DNA from: Octopus vulgaris
Lineage: Eukaryota
Direction of reading: 5' to 3'
NCBI GenBank assembly: GCA_951406725.2
Contig: OX597823.1
Span: forward strand, 96,596,001 to 96,660,000
Length of the DNA stretch: 64,000 nucleotides
Positions 34,301 to 47,548 of the stretch are shown piece after piece. The notes below the pieces were generated by a model. That model did no database searches, had not been told where the DNA came from, and worked only from the letters and a program-made list of their open reading frames with translations. Position numbers and translations under genes: made by a program. Every line of letters begins with the position of its first letter. The stretch's first letter is position 1.

Positions 34301-37300
34301 CGATAGAATAAGTACTAGGCTTACAAAGAATAAGTTCTGGGGTCGATTTGCTCGACTAAAGGCGGTGCTCCAGCATGGCCACAGTCAAATGACTGAAACA
34401 AGTAAAAGAGTAAACCTCACCCCATTGTCTTTTACTAACAAGGCACATGAGGTGTAGAAAGAGGGTTAGGGAGGATCATCATGGCAGGTCTGCTTTTGAT
34501 TGTAAGTCAGCTGGAGCAAGACTGACCCGGGGCTAAACAAAAACACAAGAAACAAGATGGCTTATATACAATTCTAAGAAAACTAATTAAATTCCAAAAA
34601 CACTTACCGTAGAGAATCTGTATAAGCTAGTGAAGGAGTTTGGCTGAAAGTGGCCTTCCATAACTGAACTGTTTGATTTTTGATGAATCTCCGTGGGTGA
34701 AGAAAGTTTACTTCCAGTAGTGGTGCCAAAACATTCAGAAAGTCTGTATCATACATACCTTTATAGGTATTCTGTATACTGTTGATAACATCTTGCCATA
34801 ATTTGTCATGCTAAAACATTGGAATGGGAAAAAAAAAAAATATTTGAATCATTTATTTTCTTCTAAAATGAAATTAATTATATAACAGCATAAAGAAATT
34901 CCCATCACCACAATTACTCTCTATCTACTTGTGTCGTTATCAGCATTAACTGATACGCAAGTAATTAATCTGTAGCAAGTGACTGAGCCTCATCTTGATG
35001 GGTGCAAGTACCTGAGGTGGCTGCTCAGGCCAACAACAGTAATAGAAGAGCCAGGGGTGGGTTGGTGAAGGACAAGGAAGTGCAAGACGCTCTTAATGAT
35101 CATTGGTGATTATGTATAATGTGAGAAATTTAATTAAGAGCATCCAAACCAATTTTGGGAAATTCGATGACAGGCATGAGCACCATACGAGCGTGATCGT
35201 TGACAGAGCGGCTAACCGGCTTCTGTGCCAGTAAAACACATAAAAGGCACCATTCGAGTGTGATCGTTACCAGCGTTGCCTTACTGGCACTTGAGCCCTG
35301 TGCTAGTAGGGTGCTAAGAGCACCATCTGAGCGTGATCATTGCCAGAGCGGCTAACTGGCTTCCATGCTGCTAGCATGTAGGAGGTACCATTCAAGCGGG
35401 ATCATTACCAGCATCACCTTGCTGGCACCTGTGCTGTTGGCATGTGTAAAAAGATTTGAGCAAGGTCGTTGCCAGTACCACCTGACTGGCACCCGTGCCG
35501 GTGGCATGTAAAAGCACCCACTACACTCTAAGAGTTATTGGCGTTAGGAAGGGCATCCAACTGTAGAAACCCTGCCAGATCAAGACTGGAGCCTGGTGCA
35601 GCCATCTGGTTCGCCAGCCCTCAGTCAAACCGTCAAACCCATGCTAGCATGGAAAGCGGACGTTAAACGATGATGATGATAACTCAAGTATAAAAGATTA
35701 AGAAGATAAAGAACATGATTGGTCTTTAAGCATTTCAGTGTCCTATAAGAAAAGAATTTGCCAATAAATACAAGCAATATTCTATGCTTAGTCAACTACA
35801 GAGGCAGGTTTGGGATTCTTGGTATGTCTTGACATGTTGCACAATTTTTGCAAACAAAAGAGGCTCACGACTATGTCCAGACTGTTCACTGTTTGATAGA
35901 CTGAGATTATTAGCTTGCATGGTAACAGATCGAGGGTTGGTGACAGGAAGGGCATTCATTCAACAAGAGGAATTCTGAGCCATGCAAGCTTGGAAAAGTG
36001 GGTGTTAAAAACGAGGGGAGGGGGTGTTCAAATTTATTTGACCCATTAACTTATTGCCTTTGTTTCAATTAATTTTGAAAATAAGAATTTAATAAAATGT
36101 CATTATTAAGCTGGGTTTTGGAACAAATTGAAGCGAAATTTCAATGGAGGGTTTTTAATTCGAATCACTCTAAAGAGGTTTGTATCATAGAATGAGGGGT
36201 GGTGTCAGGTGTTTGTATCAAAGCGGTTAAGATTGCATTATATCCAAGTAAATATGTTAAGATGAGACATGGCAGAATTCTATAAAATTGTTAAAATGGT
36301 TAAGCGGTTAACTGGCTCAGCCTCAAAATAATAGACACGAGAAAAAAAGAAAACAGAAAGGGTTACCTTTGGGAGTGAGCTTGAAGGAAATACTTTATAA
36401 GTGGCTTTAGCAAGAACAAACAAGCTGCTAACAGCCTTGGAAGTTTTTTCTAAGAGTAAAGGAACTGAATTTGGAGAGGTTATTTCTGAGAACAGAGTAG
36501 TCATGATTCCAATAAGGTGTCGGGCAGCTGATTGGAGTGAAGCAAAATTTACAGTCTGAAAATTAAAATAAAATTTAAATGATTAAAATCAGCAACAGAA
36601 AGAATTTAACATTAGATATCATTATAAACACTCATTTAACCCTATTTCTGTTGAAATATATTTGCCTTTGATTCAATCAATTTTGAAAATAATGAACTTA
36701 TTAAAAATAATTTCTGTCCTTATTAAGACAGCATTTGAAATGAAAATCACCACAAACTTTCGATGGAAGAATATTTTGATCACTTAAAAACAGGAACGAG
36801 ATGTTTGTATCATGGGGCCAAGGGTGATTTTAGGAAAGTTTGTACCAAATGGATTACGGAAGTAAAAAGAAACTGGATCAGTAACAGATCTGGAGTTACA
36901 TATCTGTCACTGTGTCAGTCAGTCACTTTACTGATTACACTATAAAATGCCAGCTATTCCAGCTTCTCAAATTAGCTTTTAACCCTTCTGATACCAACAT
37001 GCTTGAACCCCCTCCCCTCTGGTTCTAGGATACAAACTTACTGTTTTAAAACCATTTAAATTAAAATTTTACATCAAAATTACATGTTAACTCTTTACTC
37101 TTTTACTTGTTTCAGCCATTTTGACTGTGGCCATGCTGGAGCACCGCCTTTAGTCGAGCAAATCGACCCCAGGACTTATTCTTTGTAAGCTTAGTAAACA
37201 CACCAGCATCAGTTGTCAAGCGATGTTGGGGGGGACAAACACAGACACACAAACATACATATATACGACGGGTTTCTTTCAGTTTCCGTCTACGAAATCC

Positions 37301-40300
37301 ACTCACAAGGCTTTGGTTGGCCCAAGGCTATAGTAGAAGACACTTATCCAAGGTGCCACGCAATGGGACTGAACCCGAAACCATGTGGTTTGTAAGCAAG
37401 CTACTTACCACACAGCCACTCCTACGCCTATAAATTTATATTCCAAATACCAGCTTAATAATGAGAAAGTTATTTTACTAAATTCATTTTTTTTTTCGAA
37501 ATTAACAGAAACAAAAGCAGAAACAGAGTAAGAAATGGGTTAATAAATCATTTTCTATTTCAACAAGTTTTAATCTCCATAAGCTATTTCATCAATCACT
37601 TGGTGCTAGCAAGATACAATGTATTTCTGCTATTTCAACTGTATTATTTTATTTCCACAAGGTATTCAATTAGTTATTAAGCACTAAAAGCCTTGGCAAG
37701 ATACAATAAATCCGTTCTATTTTAACTGAAAATTTCATTTTCTTCCCACAAAATATTTTGATGAACTACTAATGTCCAACACAATGAACTATCTTGTTTA
37801 AAGTTTTCAACAAGAAATAATTCCATGACACATTAATCATCATTAGGACAATATATTCCATTCATATTCCCCACCACTATTCAAGGGATGACCATAGGGA
37901 TAGAGTCCTCCATAGGGTCCTATCAGGAATAACCATCATTACACTTTCCACCTGGATTCCCATGTATGATTGATTGAGACAGTAGATATAATCCAGCCAC
38001 TTCATTCTTGGTCTACATCAAAGTCTCCTACTGGTTGGCTCGGCCTGAAGAATCCATCTTGTGATTCTTTCCTCCGACATTCTAATCACATGACCACAGT
38101 ACCAGAAATATGATTCTTGACTGTGGAGAAGGAGCAATTCAACCTGGAGACTCCTGAGCTCCAAGCTGTACACCCTATTAAAAACATTACTCCAGAGACC
38201 CTTTTGTAGCAACTCTATTTCAGCCCCTTGAGTTCACACCCAACGTTCATGATGATAGGTGAGGACAAACACGAAAACTAAACTGAAGAGGTTCTGTTGG
38301 CTATTTTAAATATAAAACTAAATAACAGTCTCAGTGAATATTTATTTCCCACAGAATCCCAACAAACCAGGAAGGAGTTGTGTAGTGTAATTCTGATAAC
38401 CTGGTCACCCAGAAAGCTATAATAGCCAGAGTGGGTTGAAGCCTGTCCTTAAGCCAGTTTCTTTTTTTCTGTAATGTTTAGTAATACCAACTGCATTAAA
38501 ATCTTATAGTAGAAAAGAAATCTCATTCAAAGATTATGTAACAACTAAATTACCATCATTCAGCATCTATTCTCATTGTGAGCATGAGTCTGACAGGACG
38601 AGGTAAGCTCCAATATCTACTTTGGTAGGGTTCCTACGGCTGAATGCGCTTCCTAACAGTAACCACTTTAAAGAATGCACTGGCTGATTCTCTTGTACTG
38701 CCAGCACAGGTATGGTTGCTAAGTAATGTGCAAAACAGGAAAATTGCAGAAAAAGGAAAAAAACGTTTGTACCTGTTTGTCAACACTACTTTCATATTCT
38801 TCTCTGTTGATCTGCTCAAAGACAGAATTGGTGACAAGCACAACCAAATCAATAACAGAATTCAGATTTTTCAAAGGATTCTGCTTTCGTTTGCCACCCC
38901 ATTTTCCAGGACTGCCAAGAGCTGCAAAATAAATTTTTAAATTTCAACAATTCTTAAATTCTTTTACAGGTTCAATCACAAAAATGTGAACATACTGGAG
39001 CAAGGAATAGCCAATTCCATTGACATTCCTTTCCCAATTTTTGCTACATCAACTGATAATTACATTTTTTACTGAGGAAGCATGAAAGTGGTGTGGATCA
39101 GGGTAGAATTTGAACTCAAAATATTTTGTCTGAACAATACTGAATCTCTTTTAGCCAGATACTTACTGGAACAGAGAGGAGGAACATTCTTTTAATACTT
39201 CTTATCAGAATACTGACAGAAAAAAGAAGATTTTCAGTATAACAAAATCTAACAACTGTGAGGTTGGACAAATGATGCCATGAGAATAAATTTTTCTTAC
39301 TCCTAGTCTTTGTTGTATTCCTGGACTGAAACCAGGTTTTACTTATAATTCATTTGGGAAGCTAGTATTAGAAAGACCCTCTCATGGGGTGAGGGACTTA
39401 GCAGTTTGCAATCAAATTAGCAAAATATATCTTTATTCTCTTTGCAAACCTAAGGAGATCCACAGGGACTTCGTCTAATTTTCATATATTATTTTATCAG
39501 AGAGAGAGAAAGAGAAAGAGAGAGAGTCAGACAGACAAAGAGAGAAAGAAATCTCCACTGTTCCCCCACCCCTTAATTAACATGTCAAGTGATTATTTAT
39601 TAACCTTCTGGTACAATATTTCCCAATGGATAGATTTGTAAATTGAAAGGCATGATGAATAAAATATTTAACCCTGTGACAACCAAAGTGCCTGCAGAGT
39701 GTGTACACACACACACACACACACATCTATATATATAGCAGGCACTTTGATTGTCAAGGATCAAATATCTTATTCATCATATAGTGAGGGCACATGGCCT
39801 AGTGGCTGGGGTGTTGCAGTCACTATTGTGAGATTGTGGTTTCAATCGCTAGACTGGCTGGTGTGTTGTGTTCTTAAGCAAAACACTTCATTTTGCATTA
39901 CTCAGCGATCACTTCAACACTTGACACATGGCACACAGTGTACCTGTTCAGGTAACGTTTAATTTGATGGAGAGAGTGAGCCAATGTACAGTACATACGT
40001 TTGTTCACTATAAACAAATCATTTGGGCAGGTTGTTCAGCAAAAACTGAACATCCACACATCAACTTCAACAAGGGAGTCCATTACATACATACATACAT
40101 GTATATATATATATATGTGTATATATATACTGGAACTCACAAACTGCTAGTTGATAGCTTAATGTCACACTCACCAAGCTATTCCTTCTAAATTAACACC
40201 AAGCTTATGTCAGAACATTAATTATCAATAATTTAGAAAAAATTCAACTTTTTTTTAAAAATCAATATAAAATTAAAAACAATATGAGCAAATAGAAAAA

Positions 40301-43300
40301 GAAAAACAAAGAACTTACCAAAAGAAGTATTTCGGCTGTGAGGGGAAAAATCCACAAAACTTAGCAAGGTTTCACAAATCATAGTTAGTTGCTCAAGAAA
40401 CAAGGTGTCAGTCTTTAGTTTCTGAAGAAAACCAGAGAAATTAGAATAGAACCATTTCCTCATACATAAATATTTTGGAACATGCAATTTTTTTATTAAT
40501 TCTGCATGGTTTTATATTTAGTCTCATACAGAGATAATTTTGAAGGGGGGAAAAAAAAAGCATGCAGTACACTCTGTAAAGTGGTTGATGTGAGCAAGGA
40601 CATCGAGCTGTGGCAACCAAGTGAAAGCAGACAATGGGGTTTTGCAGTCTTCTCACAAACCAATTCCTGTTGAATGGTTCAGCTTATGCGAGTACACAAG
40701 ACAGTGATGATGAGGTGGTCATTGTTTAACCTCAGGTCAGCTTGGATCAAGCAGGGCCTATGAATAAAAGCATTCCAGTTCTGAGCATCTTGTCTTAATG
40801 TATATCATCATCCTCATCATTTAGCGTCCGCTTTCCATGCTAGCATGGGTTTGACGGTTCAACTGGGGTCTGGGAAGCCAGAAGGCTGCATCAGGCCCAG
40901 TCTGATCTGGTAGTTTTTCTACGGCTGGATGCCCTTCCTAACGCCAACCACTCCGTGAGTGTAGTGGGTGCTTTTTACATGCCACCCGCACAGGTGCCAG
41001 ACAGGGCTGGCAAACAGCCACGGACGGACGGTGCTTTTTACGTGCCACCAGCACGGGGGCCAGTCGGGGCGGCGCTGGCAATGGCCACGTTTGGATGGTT
41101 CGCTTACTTGTCACCGGCACTGGTATCACAGCTGCAATTTCCATTGATGTTGATCGACTTCGATTTTGGTTCTGCTTTCTGATTTGATTTTCCAACAACT
41201 ATATTATCCAAGGCACCCTGGCTTAAGAGAATTCAGCTGCTATGCCCCCTAAAGTGCAGTTAAGCAGTTCACTTCCCAATCATGTAGTTTTGAGTTTCAC
41301 CTCACTACTATAGCTGAAGGTCAACCAAAGCACTGAATGGATGTGGTACATGGAAACTGAAAGAAGCCCATCATGTGTATGTGTGAGTGTGTGCATGTTT
41401 GTCTCCTTGTCTTGGCATCACAGATATAGATGAGTGTCATTCATTTGTCTTCCATGAAAACATATCCTGCCATAAGGAAATATTACCTATTTCTTTACTA
41501 CCCACAAGGGGCTAAACAAGGACAAACAGATTAAGTCAATTACATCGACCCCAGTGTGTAACTGGTACTTAATTTATTAACCCCGAAAGGATGAAAGGCA
41601 AAGTCGACCTTGGCGGAATTTGAACTCAGAACGTAGCGGCAGACGAAATACTGCTAAGCATTTCGCCTGGCATACTAACGTTTCTGCCAGCTCGCCGCCT
41701 TGAATATTATTATTATTATTCGCCATAAGGAAATATTACCGTTTGGAAACAGGTGAGGGTTGTTGACAGGAAGAGCTTCCAGCTGTAGAAAATATACTTC
41801 GGTGAATCCCACTGACGGGAGAAACAAGTTTGAAAATGGATTCCATTTGATAATGTCCCTAAGTAACCAAACATTAGTGAAAAGGAATTTACCTGACTAC
41901 CAGTAGGCAAGTGAAGGTCCGTCACAATGAGGTGGCTCAAATGTTCACAGGTGACATTAGGAGCAGCATTGACAACAAGGGCAGCAAGATTAGCGAATGT
42001 CCGATAGATGTTTGACCAGGTCTTCATCAGGGTCTTGTTGACAGTCTGTGTAAAGAAAGGGGAAAAAATAGCAGTGAAAGGATAAAATGTAATCAGAAAA
42101 AGACAGAGGATGAAATTAAAATGGATCGAGTCTTCTACCTATGAACGACAGGTGCAAGAGAGTTAATGCTTTTACCTGGTTTTCAGGTTATGAAGTAGAC
42201 CAGAGATGATTATTCATCTCAGATAAGATGGATACAAGCATTTTTGTCTCCTCCTTTCTTAGCAAGTACCAAATAATTTAGGAAGATCCCAAAATGTTAA
42301 AATAAAAAGTTTGTGGCTGTGTGGTAAGAAGTTTGTTTCCCAATCACATAGTTCCAGGTTCAGTCCCACAACATGGCACCATGGGCAAATGTCTTCAACA
42401 ATAGCCTTAGGCCAAGCAAGGCCTTGTGAGTGGATTTGGTAGTGAGAAACTGAAAGATACATGCATGTATGGGTGTGTGTCTGAAGAGGTCCTCATCACT
42501 GCTTGACAACCAGTGTTGTGTTTACATCCGTGTAACTTAGTGGTTCAGCAAAATAAACTGATGGAATAGGTTTCAGACTTAACGAAAAACAAAAAAAAGT
42601 ACTGGGGTCAATTCATTTGACTAAAAGTTCTGCAAGGCAATGCCCCAGCATGACCACAGTCTAACGACTGAAACAAGTAAAAGATATGTAAAATAAAGAG
42701 CTTTGCTCATAATCTCAAAAAAACTATTAATGGACTTGAACTTGTGAGCAATACACAAGCAGACATTTTCAACACTCCGTGGCAAATCACCTTTAGGAAA
42801 AATAAAGCGTGATCGTTGCCAGAGCAGCCAGCTGGCTCCGTGCCGGTGGCACGTAAAAGGGCTCCATTCGAGCGTGATCATTACCAACGTCGCCTTACTG
42901 GCACTTGTGCCAGTGGCATGTGTAAAAAGATTCGAGCGAGGTCATTGCCAGTACCGCCTGACTGGCCCCATGCTGGTGGCACATAAAAAGCACCCACTAC
43001 ACTCTCAGAGTGGTTGGCATTAGGAAGGGCATCCAGTTGTAGAAATTCTGCCAGATCTAGATTGGAGCCTGGTGCAGCCATTTGGTTCGCCAGCCCTCAG
43101 TCAAAATCGTCCGACCCATGCTAGCATGGAAGGCAGACGTTAAACAATGATGATGATGAAAGAAAAAGAACATGAGGTCTTACAATGGGGAACTGCTTTA
43201 AACAATACTAATACTTTAGCAGGCAAATCAACAAAATGTCGCCACAAACAAAGTGCGTATTGTATGTAAAACCTGCTGAGCAGTAAACTGTTTACAGGTT

Positions 43301-46300
43301 ATTGCAGCTTTGTTCAGATTAAAATTTTGGAGCTGGATCACGAGAAGCAGCTGTACTGTAATGAAATTAGCTTTATTATTTCACAAATGATGAAAGCAGA
43401 GGGAGATATAAAAAGAAAAAGAACTTACAGCAAATAACTGGTTGCCAAACAACCATTTGACAGGAAAAAATAATGAACGATAAAGACAGGTGAAGTTGTG
43501 TTCTAAAGCATCTCCTTGATTAATCTCATTGTTCTGTGGAATAAAAGAAAATAAACATTGTTTTGATGGCAATCTGTCCAAAACTGTCCTTGTTTAATCC
43601 TTTAGCATTCAGATGACTGTCAAATATACTGCTTATGTATTCACATCACTTTAAAATTAACCAGGCATTATTCAATAAATTCGAGATTCCAATGATGTGA
43701 TGATTTTTAAAATGACACTGTAGGGCAGGTGTGAAAGGTGGGATACGACCAGTTTCAAGATACAACAGGTAGAATATTTTGGCAGGATATGGGCAGTTTA
43801 AATGCTAAGGGGTTAAAAATGATTGAAATTAAAACCTTCCCTCGGAATTTAACTTGTGTCTTATTTTACTAAATTCTTTGTTATTTTCAAAATTAAATGA
43901 AATAATGTATCTTAACAGAAACATAACATAAAAAGGTGAGCCCTTTTGATACTGACCCTCCTGACACTGCTAATTTTATGATGCAATCTTCCCATTTTAA
44001 AGGGATCTAAATTAAAACCTTCCACCAAAATTTCAGGAGAATTTGTTCCAAACACCAGCTTAATAATAATGACATGAGTTATTTTACAAAACTTTTCGTT
44101 GATTTCAAGATTGATGCAAAGGCAGTGTATCTCATCAGAAATATAACAAAATGCTTAAACAGATCTATATTCAAAGGCATTCCAACCAAGACCATCCAGT
44201 CATATTTTATTTGATTACAGTAAATCACTGACCACATCATCCAATGATAGTAGTGTGAACCAACCCATCTGAGGGGTTACGCCTGGTTCTCGGATACAAA
44301 CTTCCAGTTTTAAGGTGACCTAAGTTAAAACTTTCCATCAAAATTCCATGTTCCAGACATTCAAGTTAATAACCCCACACAGTGAAAGAATGGTTGAGTA
44401 GTTAACAAGTTTGCACGGCACCTTGGACATCATCTATTACTGTCCCAGGCAGACCAGTGCCTTGTGAGGAAATTCAGTGTATGAAAACTATTAAGCCAAT
44501 CATACATTGTGTCTACACATGCATGAATGAATGAATGTTGATATTTCACTATAGCATTTTGGTGAAACAGTGAAATTATGTCTGGTGAGAGCATTTTGGG
44601 GAGTGGCAACAGGAAAAGCAACCAGTCATAAAATCTTGCTCCAAAATCAATTCCCATTAACCCTTTCGTTACCAACCTGGCTGAAACTAGCTCTGGCTCT
44701 GTAGTATAAATGTCTTGTTTTCATAAGTTTTGAATTAAAATCTTCCACCAAATCATCACAATTCATGTTCCTGACACTAGCTTAATGATAAAGTTATTTT
44801 ACTAAATTATTTGTAATATTTAAAATAATTGAAAGAAACACAGAGCATCTCAAATACATTAATGAAAGGGTTAAAATCATATTAACATGGAAAAGTGAAC
44901 AAACAGATTACTAACTTACAGACAAAAAAAAAATGTAGGAGGATGGAGGAACATTGGACAGTGTAGTCTCTGATATACAAAGACAGGATAGTCAGGGCTG
45001 AAAGGTTTTTTGACTATGGGTCTATTCAATCAGAACTGGCCTGTAGGTAAACAAGAAGTGTGTAATGTGTTGGGTAAACAAGTAATTACCTTTGAAATGT
45101 AGTCCAAGAGAGGATTAACTAAGCAAGACCACAAACGCCACAGCTGCTCTTTCTGTTCAACATAGGTAGCATGAAGATCTAGGATTTGAATCACAGCCTG
45201 ACAGTATTCAAGAACTCCAGATGGATTGGCCATTCCCAGCTCAATCATACTCACAAATAATGTCAGGTAACTGAAAGAGAAAGAGAGAATGAAGTCTTAG
45301 CAACATTGTGTAATTTAATGAGGGCAGGCATGGTTAATGAATTTATACAAAGTTCAGGTGTCTTCAGGCTTAATTGCACTGCACAGCACTGTAGCTTTCT
45401 ATTATAAACCTCATATTGACCCCACAACAGTGAGTGAAATGGGAGAGATGGAAACTGTTGAAAAGAAGCTGTATATAATTCAAGGGACCAAAACCTTGAT
45501 ACATGCTCTACTAGAAGATTAGGTTAATCCTTTAGCATTCAGATGACTCCATCAAATGAATTGCTCACTTATTCACAGTTTCAAGTTAATCATGCATTAT
45601 TTCATAGCTTTGAAATTTCATACATGTGACTTCAATTTCAGAATAGCATTGTAGGCTAGGTGTGAGAGGCTGGACCTGGCCAGTTTGAACATAAAACAGG
45701 AATAATTAGGCCAGATATCATCATTGTTTACAATTGCAGCGTGGAAGGTGTTTATAAGCCTTTTAAGAAACACACAAAACCGTTAGATTCACCTCAACAT
45801 TTAAATTTAATTTATCAAAATATTTTCATCGCTTTGAGACCGCGACCTGTTCACTGACAAAACTTTGTGCTACATCTTTCAAATGGCTTATAAACACCTT
45901 CCACACTGCAATTGTTTTCGTTCCAGCGCACGATCTCAGATCAGGTCACTTGCTATGCAAGTACATCTCCATAACATCATTGTTTAATTTTCTTTAAAAG
46001 TTGGTATAGTAGTAATAGTAAGGCAGTAATAGTACTGTTAATATTTTTACTAATCCTAGTCTTAATCCCTTAAGATTTCAATTTGTAGAAAAATGATTGG
46101 AAGTGGGATGGGGAGGGGGGGGGGGGCAAAGACAATTTCAAATAAAAAGGTATAAGAACTTTTCTGTGTACTTCTCTTGAGAAACTCCTTCCTTTAGCAT
46201 TGATGGCGTCAGTAAGAGTTCAGTTAAAAACAGAGCTGGAGTACCCTGGACACAACAAAAGAGAAACAGCAAAATGAGAAATCAGATAAAATAATTCAAT

Positions 46301-46326
46301 TACACACACACACACAGGATTACTGT

Positions 46327-46363
<37 letters not shown>

Positions 46364-47505
46364 GTGGGTTTCTCTCAAAATATCATTTAACATCCGTTTT
46401 TCCAAACTGGCATGGGTTAGAAGGCTTGACTGGAACTGGAAGGAGATAATATTTACCATCAAATACAAAAGATATTAGACACACATTCCAATGTGGCTTT
46501 GTGGTTGAGGGTTCAGTCCTGCTGCATAGCATCTTAAACAAGTGTTTTTTTACCATAAGTTTTGGCCAACCAAAGCTTTTGTGAGTTAGTAGGGTAAATA
46601 AACACTGAAAGAAGCCCTTTGATGTGTATATATGTACAGGTTCAAAGCCAGCCAATCATTCTGGAAGCGCTCAACTAGGGGAAGCAAATTTGCTCTGACC
46701 ATATCAATAATTATGTTGAACCAGCAAATGCTGGTGGACATTATATGGGTAGATTTAATGAATAAAGACTAGCTCAGCTCGATATATGGAAGCCAGCTTT
46801 ATGTAAATTCTATCCAGGCAATGACCATCTAAAAACATTTTAACTACACAATAATGGTTACCAAAACTGCAAAATGTTAATCTCTTCTCTATATATATAA
46901 ATGGCAAAATGTCTGTGTGTGTGTCCTTTATACAAATCCACAATTTTCCAGTTAGAGGGCTCGCACTTTCTATGGTCATTCAAAACCGTCCAAGGATGGT
47001 CGTGCACATCTTTACATTTCCCCAGTCACCCCGCAAAGCCATTAAAAAATCAATAGAAGTGACTTTTTTGTGAATTTTATATCCAAAACTCAATCAAAAT
47101 GCCCGAAACTTGATACGCCAATTGAATGCCAGCTAACTGTATGTGATTGGTCGGAGATTTGGACAGTACTTGCATGTATGTGCGCATGCATGCAGCTGTA
47201 TATGCATGCACTAGCAATATGACCCGGCGTTGCTGGGTCATAGTGATAGTAACTAAAATAATACATATTTTGCAAGTGAACAACCAATATTCTAATAACC
47301 TGTATGAATCCCAGTGAATGCGGATTATTTTTACTTGCAATAAGAAACAAAGAAATCAGTTTTAACTGGTAAACCTAAATGTAATTGATAGCCATTATTG
47401 CCAACACAAACAATCACTCATTTTCATCAATATGACAAATGCAAATGAACGAATGGAAATCAATTTAAAATGGTAAGAAAATATATCTCTAATTTAGGTA
47501 TTAAA

Positions 47506-47548
<43 letters not shown>

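Noticed and set aside
38554-38720. Apparent exon extension next to exon 18
   Set aside because: The sequence is a decayed RTE 3' UTR copy containing stops.
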